Below, one piece after another: positions 47,501-57,157 of a stretch of DNA of 64,000 nt. Source of the DNA: Dehalococcoidia bacterium (GTDB lineage Bacteria; Chloroflexota; Dehalococcoidia; Bin125); assembly GCA_963555985.3 (NCBI GenBank), contig OY820591.1, positions 2,208,001-2,272,000 of the forward strand, read 5' to 3'. A program made the position numbers and the translations under genes. The notes beneath the pieces are model-generated. The model did not search any database and was not told the origin of the DNA. It saw nothing but the letters and a program-made list of their open reading frames with translations. How positions within the stretch are numbered: the first letter of the stretch is position 1; the number at the start of each line of letters is the position of its first letter.

Positions 47501-47749
47501 CGTAAGCCCACGCTCGGTGAGGTAAAAGGCCTGTTCGTCCTTCGCACCGGGATCGAGGTCGTCCACTGAATAGGGGTCGCCGAAGAGGAAGCGGGTATCG
47601 TTGAGGTTCTCCAGTTCCTCGGCCAGGAGCGCGTAGCCGTAGATGCTGAAGTATGCCGATACGATCCGGAACGCGCTCGAACGATCGAGCTGCGCGCTCA
47701 AGTACTCAGAGACCTTGCGAGTGCGATTATCCAGAATGACGTCCTGCAT
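44540..47749 (-). CDS. PLD-nuclease + SNF2-type helicase fusion
   Basis: HGKMY...VGSSNFT (HKD-like), LADSVGLGKT, DESHNFR, LSATPVN, ISEGQNLQ, IHWNPVRLIQRFGRIDR; overlaps the methyltransferase start. Confidence 0.92.
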   Translation of the reverse strand: MQDVILDNRTRKVSEYLSAQLDRSSAFRIVSAYFSIYGYALLAEELENLNDTRFLFGDPYSVDDLDPGAKDEQAFYLTERGLTPMQTLHQKGLARACAEWFKSGAVAVRSIRRSNFLHGKMYLTDGAGVVGSSNFTRRGLGGSQRPNLEINLAVTDEHTLSALREWFDQLWGDERLTEDVKPDVLNALDRLGRDYSPEFVYFKSLFELLESRVNSELDDQPLKDTHLVEKVIWNALYEFQQDGVRSVINRLQQHHGCILADSVGLGKTYTALAVIKYYELQNKNVLVLCPRKLRENWALYPLHFRRRDNPFAEDRFGYTLLSHTDLSRDTGEVGGIDLANFNWGAYDLIVIDESHNFRNDGGARYKRLLENVIKDGSRTKVLMLSATPVNTSLLDLRNQIYLMTEKNEAYFQSELGIGSMGRVLGAAQRAFKQWEEEQRGGKSDKAQLLERLGADFLRLLDAVSIARSRRQITRFYAAEMDRIGQFPRHAKPLNRYPATDLDGALSYEQLATRIGAFELSIYRPSDYLDDPERQRELEAERKRRNFNQKDRERFLVQMILTNFLKRLESSPRSLQLTLKRTIDKMEALLDKIERYERQARDEDIQSDYLPDEDEEDDDFLINRARNPYHLRELDLPRWSKDIRKDRDTLAAALELVRDISPARDGKLRELREALHQRAAKPSADLDGNPNRKLLIFTTFKDTAEYLYEQLAADAKQLGLRMAMVSGDSARDSRGTGDFNAILTDFAPNARNRTGDSSEPDIDLLIATDCISEGQNLQDCDTVLNYDIHWNPVRLIQRFGRIDRIGSRNAEVRMINYWPTKDMDAYLKLENRVFARMALADTAASGSDDLLNERELEAGAQLELNFRDRQLQRLREEVPDLDELSDTVVMSDFSMDYFFAQLKQFLEQKRAELEATPNGVYALARNPEHGPGASVLFLLKQRAAETNARQRSVSPLHPFFLVLIQDDGTIRFGAANARQVLETFERAALGVDKPVQDLCDAFNLETKHGQELGRYDQLIANVLAHIRQAEASAAASSVARGGSRDAVLPKASEHPGAPTDFELVTWLIIR

Positions 47750-47993
47750 CCGCAATCCCCTCTTGGCGCCTGCATGGAGCCGCCGATATCGTCGAAAGCG
47801 TAGCGAGCCCTTGCCTGCTCCTTCCCAGCATCGGCCTTGGGGTTGAGAAGATGCGGCCCAGCGCGCCGCTAATCACGGCCAAGCCCCCCACCCAACCGCA
47901 ACTTCCCTGCCAACCCGTTAACCTGAACTCGAGTCCGCTCTGGCTACCGTATCCCTCACGCCGGACCCGTCATTCCCCGGAAAGGACACCCTC

Positions 47994-48731
47994 GTGGCCA
48001 CCTCCGCAGACATCACCGATCTGCCGGGACGCCTGATCGTCGTGGAGGGCATCGATGGCTCCGGCAAGTCCACCCAACTCGACCTGCTCCACAAGTGGCT
48101 CCGCTCCGAGGGTTACGTGACCGTCTTCACTGAGTGGAACTCGTCGCCAATCGTGAAAGAGACCACCCGGCGCGGAAAGCGGCGGCAGCTGCTCACGCCG
48201 ATGTCCTTCTCCCTGATCCACGCCGCCGACTTCGCCAGCCGCACCCACGAGCAGATCCTGCCCGCGCTGCAAGCCGGGGCGATCGTGCTCGCCGACCGTT
48301 ACACCTACACCGCCTTCGCCCGCGACGCGGCGCGCGGCGTCAGCCGCCAGTGGGTGCGTCAGCTCTACTCCTTCGCCGCCGAACCCTCGCTCGCCCTCTA
48401 CTTCCACGTCACCCTCGACGAGTCCATTCGCCGCATCGCCTCCGCCCGTGCACGAATCAAGTACTACGAAGCGGGACAAGACCTCGGCCTCGACGAAAAT
48501 GTCGAGACCTCCTTCCGCATCTTCCAAGGCCGCATCCTCGACGAATACGACGCGCTCTGCCGCGAGTTCGACATCGTGCGTATCGACGCGACCGAATCTC
48601 TCGTCAATCAGCAGAAGCTGGTGCGCGAGCTGGTCAAGCCCCTGCTTGAGGGAATGCCCCGTCGCGGCCAGGCGGCAATCCCGGCCGACGCTCCCGACAC
48701 GCTCGCTGCCGCAGCCGGAGGTGGCGCATGA
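47994..48731 (+). CDS. Thymidylate kinase-like P-loop kinase (first of a pair)
   Basis: LIVVEGIDGSGKSTQ, VLADRY. Confidence 0.88.
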   Translation: MATSADITDLPGRLIVVEGIDGSGKSTQLDLLHKWLRSEGYVTVFTEWNSSPIVKETTRRGKRRQLLTPMSFSLIHAADFASRTHEQILPALQAGAIVLADRYTYTAFARDAARGVSRQWVRQLYSFAAEPSLALYFHVTLDESIRRIASARARIKYYEAGQDLGLDENVETSFRIFQGRILDEYDALCREFDIVRIDATESLVNQQKLVRELVKPLLEGMPRRGQAAIPADAPDTLAAAAGGGA

Positions 48732-49423
48732 CCGACGTCCGCTTCTACGGCGAACGACCGCCCGGCATCAACCAGGACTGGCTGCCCGGCCGCCTGATCG
48801 TGGTCGAAGGCACCGACGGCGTCGGCCGCTCCACCATGATCGGAATGCTCAAGGACTACCTCGAAGCGAACGGCTGGGGCGTCGTCGATAGCGGCCTCCG
48901 CCGCTCACCGCTGGTCGGACCCGGCATCGAGCAGGCCAAAGAAGGCCACACGCTCGATCCGATCACGCTCAACCTCTTCTACGCCACCGACTTCTGGGAC
49001 CGCTTCGAGCGGATCATGCTCCCCGCCTTGCAAGCGGGCATGGTCGTCCTCGCCGACCGCTACATCTTCTCGCTGATCGCGCGCGCCATCGTGCGCGGCG
49101 CCTCGCGCGAGTGGCTCGAGCAGATCTACGGCTTCGCCATGATCCCCGATCAGGTGATCTACCTCGATATCGACGCCGAAGACCTCGTATTGCGCGTGCT
49201 CGAACGCGGCTTCGACTACTGGGAATCGGGCGGCGACTACCTCCACGGGGTCAGCATCTACGACGGCTTTATGGAGCATCAGCGCGCCCAACTCCGCGAA
49301 ATGTCTGCAATGGCCGAACGTTACAGCTGGGACATCGTTGATGCGCGCGGCTCGATCGAGCATGTCTTCGCGCAGATTCGCGCTAAAGTCATGCCCACCG
49401 TCGAGACCATGCCCAGCGCCTGA
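48728..49423 (+). CDS. Thymidylate kinase-like protein (second of the pair; P-loop Lys replaced by Arg)
   Basis: LIVVEGTDGVGRST, VLADRY; ATGA overlap with the first. Confidence 0.88.
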   Translation: MTDVRFYGERPPGINQDWLPGRLIVVEGTDGVGRSTMIGMLKDYLEANGWGVVDSGLRRSPLVGPGIEQAKEGHTLDPITLNLFYATDFWDRFERIMLPALQAGMVVLADRYIFSLIARAIVRGASREWLEQIYGFAMIPDQVIYLDIDAEDLVLRVLERGFDYWESGGDYLHGVSIYDGFMEHQRAQLREMSAMAERYSWDIVDARGSIEHVFAQIRAKVMPTVETMPSA

Positions 49424-49454
49424 TCACCCGCCCTCATGTACACTGACCCCACCC

Positions 49455-49530
49455 GCCGAGGTAGCTCAGGTGGTAGAGCACACGGCTGAAAACCGTGGTG
49501 TCGGCAGTTCGACTCTGCCCCTCGGCACCA
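49455..49530 (+). tRNA. tRNA-Phe (GAA)
   Basis: GCCGAGG/CCTCGGC acceptor, CACGG-CTGAAAA-CCGTG anticodon arm, CCA end. Confidence 0.97.
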
Positions 49531-49549
49531 AATCTCCCACCCCCTCTCC

Positions 49550-49780
49550 CGTCATTTCCGCACCCATGCTCGTCACACCCGCGCTCGCCGCGGAGCCTGT
49601 CCCCGTCCTGTGGGATCTCTCGCCGTGCTCTGCATCGTCGTCGCTCACACGGCGAGATTGCCGTGGCGGAGCACGGCAATGACGGAGAACGTCGACTTTC
49701 ACAAAGATCTCCGCAGACGCCCAATCCCCTCTCCCCTCGCACTGCGGGAGGAGATGCCCCGCAGGGGCAGAGAGGAGTCC
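49550..49780. repeat. Cluster of REP-like palindromes (families B and A)
   Basis: GAGATTGCCGTGGCGGAGCACGGCAATGACGG resembles 11361-11392; 49726-49780 is an inverted family A copy. Confidence 0.75.
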
Positions 49781-49889
49781 GCCCCCTGTCGCCCCCGCAA
49801 CATCCCAACAACTCCAGCCCTGACAAAGACCAGATGCCCATATAAGATCGCCTGTGCTCAACATCTCGACCACCACCAACGAAACCCGC

Positions 49890-50012
49890 CATGACCACCC
49901 GAACCCGTCTAGACATCCCTGGACAAACTTGGACACATGCCCCCAATTCCGCTCGGAACACCCAAAAATCCAGACGGATCTGGCCAAATCTGGACTTTTC
50001 CGGACTACCTAC
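49890..50012 (+). repeat. Dispersed 10-bp-periodic element upstream of gap
   Basis: TCTAGACATC CCTGGACAAA CTTGGACACA ... TCCAGACGGA TCTGGCCAAA TCTGGACTTT TCCGGACTAC. Confidence 0.7.
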
Positions 50013-50180
50013 CGCCCAATTCTCCGCCCACAGCGGCAAATTCGCCGCCTCCGCTCAGAAATTCCTCCCACGCCCGCAACTACCGCCCAACCTGTCAGAG
50101 TGTCAGCAGCGACCAGAGTTGAGCGCATCGCCCCGCTCTGCGATCCTGCACCAGAACAGCGCCAACACACGGGAGACATT

Positions 50181-51203
<1,023 letters not shown>

Positions 51204-51257
51204 GTCTGTAGTCTTCGCGGAACTCCCGGCTACGCCAAGAAACGGCGGAACAACCCC

Positions 51258-52607
51258 ATGCCGATGTTCGACTCCCTCAGCGGCAAGCTCCAGGACGTCT
51301 TCGTCTCCCTCGGCCGGCGCGGCGCAATCTCCGAGAAGGAACTCGAAACCGCCCTCCGCGAAGTCCGCCTCGCCTTGCTCGAAGCCGACGTCAACTACAA
51401 GGTCGCCCGCGACTTCATCAAGTCCGTCCGCGGTCGCGCCGCCACCGACGAGGTGCTCCGCTCACCCACGCCGCTCAACCGCGTCGTCGAAATCATCAAC
51501 GAAGAGCTGGTCGCCCTGCTCGGTACCGAGTCGCCCAGCCTCAAGCGCGCCTCCCAAGGCTCCACGATCATCCTCATGGTCGGCCTGCAAGGCTCCGGCA
51601 AGACCACCACCTCGGCCAAGCTCGCCCTCCGCGCCCGCAAGTCGGGCGAGCGCCCGCTCCTGATCGCCGCCGACGTCTACCGTCCCGCCGCCATTGATCA
51701 GCTCCAGGCGCTCGGACGCCAACTCGACATCGAGGTCTTCGAGCAAGGCGCCGACGCCAAACCGACTGAGATCGTCGCCGCCGGACTCGAACGCGCCGAG
51801 ACGATCGGCGCGCGCACGATCATCGTCGACACCGCCGGCCGGCTCCACATCGACGACGCCATGATGTCCGAAATCACCGAACTGCGGCAGCGCTTCGAGC
51901 CGACCGAAGTCCTGCTCGTCGCCGACGCAATGTCCGGACAGGACGCGGTCAACGCCGCCCAAGCCTTTGACGAGGCGGTCGGCATCACCGGCGTCGTGCT
52001 CTCCAAGATGGACGGCGACGCGCGCGGCGGCGCAGCCCTCTCCATTCGCGCCGTCACCGGCGCGCCAATCAAATTCCTCGGCATCGGCGAACGCCCCGAC
52101 GCACTCGAATCCTTCCACCCCGACCGTCTGGCCGGACGCATCCTCGGCCGCGGCGACATGTCCACCCTGATCGAGCGCGCCGAGCAGGAATTCGGCGAAC
52201 AGGACGCCAAACAGTGGCGACGCCGACTTCAGGACGGCGACTTCAACCTTGAAGACTTCATCGAGCAGATCGGCAAAGTCCGCCAGATGGGCCCGATCTC
52301 CCAGATCGTCAACATGATCCCGGGCCTCAGCTCGATCAAGAACCAAATCCAGGTCGACGAGCTCGACGATGACTTCTTCAAACACTTTGAAGCCATCGTC
52401 TTCTCTATGACCCCTCAGGAACGGCGCAAACCCGACATCATCAACGGCTCCCGCCGCCGCCGCATCGCCAACGGCAGCGGTACCACCCCCCAGGAAGTCA
52501 ATCAGTTGCTCAACCAGTTCAAACAGGCCAAAGGCATTATGAAAGACTTGGCCGACGGCAAAATGCCCACCGCGCCGGGTATGCGAGTGCCAGCCGGTAG
52601 ACGTTAG
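51258..52607 (+). CDS. ffh: Signal recognition particle protein
   Basis: ALLEADVN, GLQGSGKTT, DTAGR, DGDARGGAA, SRRRRIANGSG. Confidence 0.97.
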   Translation: MPMFDSLSGKLQDVFVSLGRRGAISEKELETALREVRLALLEADVNYKVARDFIKSVRGRAATDEVLRSPTPLNRVVEIINEELVALLGTESPSLKRASQGSTIILMVGLQGSGKTTTSAKLALRARKSGERPLLIAADVYRPAAIDQLQALGRQLDIEVFEQGADAKPTEIVAAGLERAETIGARTIIVDTAGRLHIDDAMMSEITELRQRFEPTEVLLVADAMSGQDAVNAAQAFDEAVGITGVVLSKMDGDARGGAALSIRAVTGAPIKFLGIGERPDALESFHPDRLAGRILGRGDMSTLIERAEQEFGEQDAKQWRRRLQDGDFNLEDFIEQIGKVRQMGPISQIVNMIPGLSSIKNQIQVDELDDDFFKHFEAIVFSMTPQERRKPDIINGSRRRRIANGSGTTPQEVNQLLNQFKQAKGIMKDLADGKMPTAPGMRVPAGRR

Positions 52608-52674
52608 CCCTCAGCGGCTAGCGCCGATCCCCACTACGCTGAAGCCAATACCGCCGACGAGGAGAGAGACCGCA

Positions 52675-52983
52675 GTGCTCAAAATTCGACTGGCCCGCCA
52701 CGGACGCAAGGGGCGTCCGTCCTACCGTGTGGTCGTACAGGACAGCCGCAAGCCCCGCAATGGGCGTTTCGTGGAGATCTTGGGCCGCTACGACCCGCTC
52801 GCCGATCCGGCCGTCTTCGAGGTCAAGGGCGAGCGAGTGACGCACTGGCTCTCGCAAGGGGCCAGGCCCTCGGAAACCGTGCATCGCTTCCTCGCCCGTG
52901 AAGGCCTGATCGAACCCTTCCAGGCCAAACCCCGCAGCAAGCGCGCCGACGCCAAACGCGCAGCCGCCGAAGCGAGCGGATAA
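52675..52983 (+). CDS. rpsP: 30S ribosomal protein S16
   Basis: LKIRL.R.GRK..PSYRVVV.DSR.PRNGRFVEILG.YDP. Confidence 0.97.
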   Translation: MLKIRLARHGRKGRPSYRVVVQDSRKPRNGRFVEILGRYDPLADPAVFEVKGERVTHWLSQGARPSETVHRFLAREGLIEPFQAKPRSKRADAKRAAAEASG

Positions 52984-52988
52984 GCGTC

Positions 52989-53216
52989 ATGGAAACCTTC
53001 GTCGAATACGTCGCCAAATGGATGGTTGACGAGCCGGATGCAGTCCAGGTCGAACGCGAACAAGTCGGCGACCACGTCACCATCTACCTGCAAGTCCACG
53101 AAGACGACATGGGCCGCATCATCGGCCGCGATGGACGCCTCGCCACTACCTTGCGCACCCTCCTCTCCGTCGCCGGACACGCCCGCGCCCTGGAGACCTC
53201 GCTCGAGATCCGCTAA
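52989..53216 (+). CDS. khpA: KH-domain RNA-binding protein
   Basis: DDMGRIIGRDGR; position between rpsP and rimM. Confidence 0.92.
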   Translation: METFVEYVAKWMVDEPDAVQVEREQVGDHVTIYLQVHEDDMGRIIGRDGRLATTLRTLLSVAGHARALETSLEIR

Positions 53217-53764
53217 TGGCGCTGCGCTTAGGCCGTGACCGTGAACCGCGAATGCCGCGCGACGGCTACCGCGCCATCGGCCTGATCGAGCGTCCGCGCG
53301 GGCTCAAAGGCGAACTCAAAGCGCTCCCCCTCACCGATTTCCCCGAACGCTTCGCCGCCGGCGCGCGCGTCTACATCAGCGGCCAAGCCCGAACCGTCAC
53401 CCGCGCCACTTGGCAGAAAGGCCGCGTCTACTTCTACTGCGCCGGTGTCGAAGACCGCGAAGCCGCCGAGCAACTGCGCAACGAACTGATCGAGATCCCC
53501 GCCAACGAACGCCCCCAAGACGCCGGCGAATTCTGGTACATCGACGAAATCGAGGGTCTGCGCGTCACCGCCGTCACCGGCGAGCACCTGGGCACAGTCA
53601 GCGAAGTCTTGCAAACCGGAGCCAACGACGTCTATGTCGTCCGGCGCAACGACCGGCGCGACCTCCTCGTCCCCGCGCTCCAAGACGTGATCAAGCGGAT
53701 CGATATCGATGCCGGCGAGATGCGGGTCGATCTCCCCGACGGCCTAGCCCCGGAGCTTGATTGA
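53216..53764 (+). CDS. rimM: 16S rRNA processing protein RimM
   Basis: [37 protein letters not shown]. Confidence 0.95.
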   Translation: MALRLGRDREPRMPRDGYRAIGLIERPRGLKGELKALPLTDFPERFAAGARVYISGQARTVTRATWQKGRVYFYCAGVEDREAAEQLRNELIEIPANERPQDAGEFWYIDEIEGLRVTAVTGEHLGTVSEVLQTGANDVYVVRRNDRRDLLVPALQDVIKRIDIDAGEMRVDLPDGLAPELD

Positions 53765-53842
53765 CCGCGCGCAGCCGCCGATCCGCACGCCATTGAACCA
53801 GCCCCGAACGCCGATGTAGGCTGAGAGCGCTGGAGACTGCGT

Positions 53843-53918
<76 letters not shown>

Positions 53919-54251
53919 ACCTGGACAACATCAAGAACATTTGCGTTGACCTCTGAGCTTGGGCTTTGAGCGGAAGCCGTTCACCAGCTTGGGGGTGTAG
54001 CAAAAGGCGACTCCAACCGGGGCGACCGTTCGGCGACCGCCCAATCCGGCCTTGGAGCGGGCTATCTGTTAGCAAATCTCGCCACCGCTGTCATATCGGC
54101 GTGTTGATGCGCTTGCACCGGCGAAGACAGTGTCAGCACGATCAAAACCCAAAGCCCTGGGAGCACTCTATCGCTCCCGGCCACAGAGGCTCCGCGGGAG
54201 GTCGCGGTCGTCTATCTTCTTTGCGATCCCGGTCGCGTTCTAGGGGGTTTT

Positions 54252-55340
54252 ATGGACTACGGCATTGCCTTTCCCTCGTACATTAATGCTTGGCGCGAGG
54301 CGGCCGCGGCTGAGGCGGCGGGCTTCACCCATGCTTGGTTCTTTGATTCGCAACTGATCTACAGCGATGTGTACGCGACGATGGCGTTGGCGGCGGAGCA
54401 CACCAGCCGGATTGTGCTGGGCACCCTGGTGTCTATTCCGAGCAACCGGCTCTCCGCGGTGACCGCTTCGGCGATCGCCACGATCAACTATCTGGCGCCC
54501 GGACGAGTCGTCCTGGGCCTGGGTACTGGTTACACGGGTCGCAACACGATGGGCCTGCCTGCGGTATCGGTCGCTGATTTCCGCGAACACACGCAGCAGG
54601 TGCGCGGCCTGTTGCAAGGCGAGGAAGTGTTGATCCGCGAGGGCGAGCGCGAGCGTTGGATTCGGCTCTTGCATCCGGATCGCGGCGGCTTCATCAACAT
54701 TGAGGACGAGATTCCGATCTACCTCGCCGCAAACGGGCCTAAAGCGCTCGCGGCGACCGGGGAGTTGGCCGACGGCTGGGTCACGGGGGCGCTCACGCCC
54801 GACATCTCGACGGGCTTCGAGGCGATTCGTGTCGCGGCTGCCGCTGCCGGCCGATCCACCGACAAGCCGTACACGGTCGGACTCACCGCTGGCTGCGTGC
54901 TGCGCGAGGGCGAGTCGCTCAGTTCGCCGCGCGTGATCGAGCGGGTGGGGCCCAACGCGCTGCCGGGTCTTCATGCGATGTGGGAGTCGCACTACGGGCC
55001 GGGGGCGAACCTGGGGATTACGGACCCCGACGCGGCGGCTGCGTTCCATCGGTACATCGTGGAGTACGGGGACGCGCGGGGGAGCAAGCCCGATCGACGG
55101 TACCTGGATGTGCATACGGGGCATATGGTCTTTCTCAAGCCGGGCGAGGAGCAATTCATCAGCGAAGCCTCGATCGGGGCGACGCTGACGGGTACGCCGG
55201 CGCAGATCATCGAGCGGCTGGAGGAGATGGAGGCGGCGGGGATCGACAACGTCGCGATTGCCTGCGTGGATGCGGCGGGCGCGCGCGACTTGATCGCCGA
55301 TTTTGGCAGAGAGGTGATCGCCAAGCGGTCTCCCGCCTAG
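54252..55340 (+). CDS. LLM class (Mer-like) flavin-dependent oxidoreductase
   Basis: GFTHAWFFDSQ, ALAAEHTSRI.LG, LAPGRVVLGLGTG, IPIYLAANGPK..GELADG. Confidence 0.9.
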   Translation: MDYGIAFPSYINAWREAAAAEAAGFTHAWFFDSQLIYSDVYATMALAAEHTSRIVLGTLVSIPSNRLSAVTASAIATINYLAPGRVVLGLGTGYTGRNTMGLPAVSVADFREHTQQVRGLLQGEEVLIREGERERWIRLLHPDRGGFINIEDEIPIYLAANGPKALAATGELADGWVTGALTPDISTGFEAIRVAAAAAGRSTDKPYTVGLTAGCVLREGESLSSPRVIERVGPNALPGLHAMWESHYGPGANLGITDPDAAAAFHRYIVEYGDARGSKPDRRYLDVHTGHMVFLKPGEEQFISEASIGATLTGTPAQIIERLEEMEAAGIDNVAIACVDAAGARDLIADFGREVIAKRSPA

Positions 55341-55372
55341 GAGACGTTTGCAAGACCCTCCCACTGCACTGT

Positions 55373-55428
55373 GGGGACCCCCCTCTGTCGCTGCGCGACA
55401 TCTCCCCCCGCGGTGCGGGGGGAGAAGG
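55373..55428. repeat. REP-like element, family A
   Basis: GGGGACCCCCCTCTGTCGCTGCGCGACATCTCCCCCCGCGGTGCGGGGGGAGA between convergent genes. Confidence 0.85.
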
Positions 55429-55453
55429 GATCGGGATCTTTGCAATCGTCTCC

Positions 55454-56743
55454 TCATATGAGGGCCTGGTAGGTCAGCTTCATGAAGCGGCGGGTGAGGT
55501 CGGCCATGCCGCCGGGGCGATTGCCATAGAGGAAGACGTGGTTGAAGAAGAGGCCGATGAGGTCTTCGAGCGGATCGACGAAGAACCAGGTGCCGGCGGC
55601 GCCGCCCCAGCCGAAGGTTCCGGCTGAGCCGGGGTAGAACGAGCGCTCGACCGACTTGCGGACCGCGTAGCCGAGGCCGAAGCCGTAGTTAGGGATCGGG
55701 AGCAGGTCGATCTCGCGATCTCCGAGGTGGTTGGAGGTCATGAGCTCTACCGTCTTGCGGCCCAGGATGCGGACGCCGTTGAGTTCGCCGCCGTTGAGCA
55801 GCATCTGGGCGAAGCGGGCGTAGTCGGGCGGGCTACAGAGGATGCCCCCGAAGAGGCCGTTGCCGGAGCGCAGGTCTCTTGAGCGCGAGCGCACCTTCTC
55901 GGCGGTCTCGGGGCGATCGCGCGTGATGAGGTTGCCCTCGGCGTCCCAGGTGTGGTCGGTGACCAGGCGTCCTTGATCAGCGTCGTCGCAGTAGAAGCCG
56001 GAGTCGTCCATGCCGAGCGGATCGAAGAGGCGCTCGCGGAAGAGTTCGTCGAGGTTCTTGCCGGTCAAGCGAGTGAGGAAGAGGGAGAGGACATCGAAGT
56101 CGGAGCCGTAGTTCCAGCGGTCGCCGGGATGGGCGTAGAGGGGCATGTCGGCGATGGCGAGGACCATCTCCTCGTAGCTGCGGGGGGGATCGTTGATTAG
56201 GGTGTCGCCGGGCATGAAGCCGGTGCCCTGGGAGGATCGCACGAGCAGCGGATAGTAGGCGGCGGGGAGTTTGCCGATTGCGGGCAGGCCCGAGGTCATG
56301 GTCATCAGGTCCATGACCATGATGTCGCGGCGGGCGGGTTCGACGTTCATGGGTGGGAAGGCGCCGCGCAAGCGATCGTGGGGCGGGGTTTCGATGGCCA
56401 CCAGGCGGTTGGCGAACTCGGGGAGCCAGCGGGTGATCGGGTCGTTGAGCTCGAAGGCGCTTTCCTCGAAGAGGCTCATCAGCACGACTGCCGCGACCGG
56501 CTTGGTCTGGGAGTACATGCGGAAGAGGCTGTCCATGCCGACGGGGGTCTCGCGTTCCACGTCGAGGGCGCCCGCTGCGTGGGCGTGGACGACCTGGCCG
56601 CGGCGCAGGACGATCGTGACCGCACCGGGTAGGTCTCGGGCGGCTACTGCCGCATTGGTCATGTCTTCGATGAGGGAGAGGCGCTCAGGGTCGAAACCGA
56701 CGGCGGCTGGGTCGGTTGTGGGGAGGGCGTTGAGTGAACTCAA
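55454..56743 (-). CDS. Serine hydrolase, beta-lactamase-like (class C/EstB) family
   Basis: FRMYSQTK (SxxK), PGDRWNY, LFDPLGM.D, FGWGGAAGT. Confidence 0.92.
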   Translation of the reverse strand: MSSLNALPTTDPAAVGFDPERLSLIEDMTNAAVAARDLPGAVTIVLRRGQVVHAHAAGALDVERETPVGMDSLFRMYSQTKPVAAVVLMSLFEESAFELNDPITRWLPEFANRLVAIETPPHDRLRGAFPPMNVEPARRDIMVMDLMTMTSGLPAIGKLPAAYYPLLVRSSQGTGFMPGDTLINDPPRSYEEMVLAIADMPLYAHPGDRWNYGSDFDVLSLFLTRLTGKNLDELFRERLFDPLGMDDSGFYCDDADQGRLVTDHTWDAEGNLITRDRPETAEKVRSRSRDLRSGNGLFGGILCSPPDYARFAQMLLNGGELNGVRILGRKTVELMTSNHLGDREIDLLPIPNYGFGLGYAVRKSVERSFYPGSAGTFGWGGAAGTWFFVDPLEDLIGLFFNHVFLYGNRPGGMADLTRRFMKLTYQALI

Positions 56744-56864
56744 AGGGGACTCCTTGCTGTCGAGAGGAGCGAGATAGGGATCGCGGGAAGCGCAAGAGAC
56801 GTGGTTAGGGCGTGTTCAGATTGCGGCCTGAGAGGGAGGACTCTACTCAAACCAGCCTTCAATG

Positions 56865-57124
56865 GGGGGCGGGACCCCCCTCCGCCTTCGGCACCTCCCC
56901 CCTCAGGGAGGAGGAGGTTCTTTTCGCGGTTTTGCATCGGTCTCTGCGAGGGAGAGCGTGAGGAGCGGATCGGCGCTTTGCAGAGGAACACGACGCCCAT
57001 CTGAACAGGACCTAGCAGGCTGCTGAAAGAGTCAACCATCGTCATTCCAGGCTTGACCTGGAATCTCGCTCTCCTCGCTCCCCTATCTGGTCGGGCGAGA
57101 TTCCAGCTTTCGCTGGAATGACGG
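56865..57124. repeat. REP-like palindrome cluster
   Basis: GACCCCCCTCCGCCTTCGGCACCTCCCCCTCAGGGAGGAGG, and GTCATTCCAGGCTTGACCTGGAATCTC...GAGATTCCAGCTTTCGCTGGAATGACGG. Confidence 0.75.
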
Positions 57125-57157
57125 ATCCGAAGGACAGAGGCACTTTTCAGCACCCTG

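Noticed and set aside
41310-47749. Complete DISARM or BREX system
   Set aside because: No DrmA/DrmB (DUF1998), PglZ or BrxC genes; the flanks are TA cassettes and Tmk-like genes.
49854-50180. N-terminal extensions in the ORF track for gap (also 5803-6219, 21606-21779, 60347-60526)
   Set aside because: Low-complexity translations of intergenic or repeat DNA or of opposite-strand genes; family homology and, where present, the RBS begin at the downstream starts.
53919-54240. Integrated element or ncRNA after tRNA-Ala(CGC)
   Set aside because: No integrase, no tRNA 3'-end duplication and no recognisable RNA motif seen.
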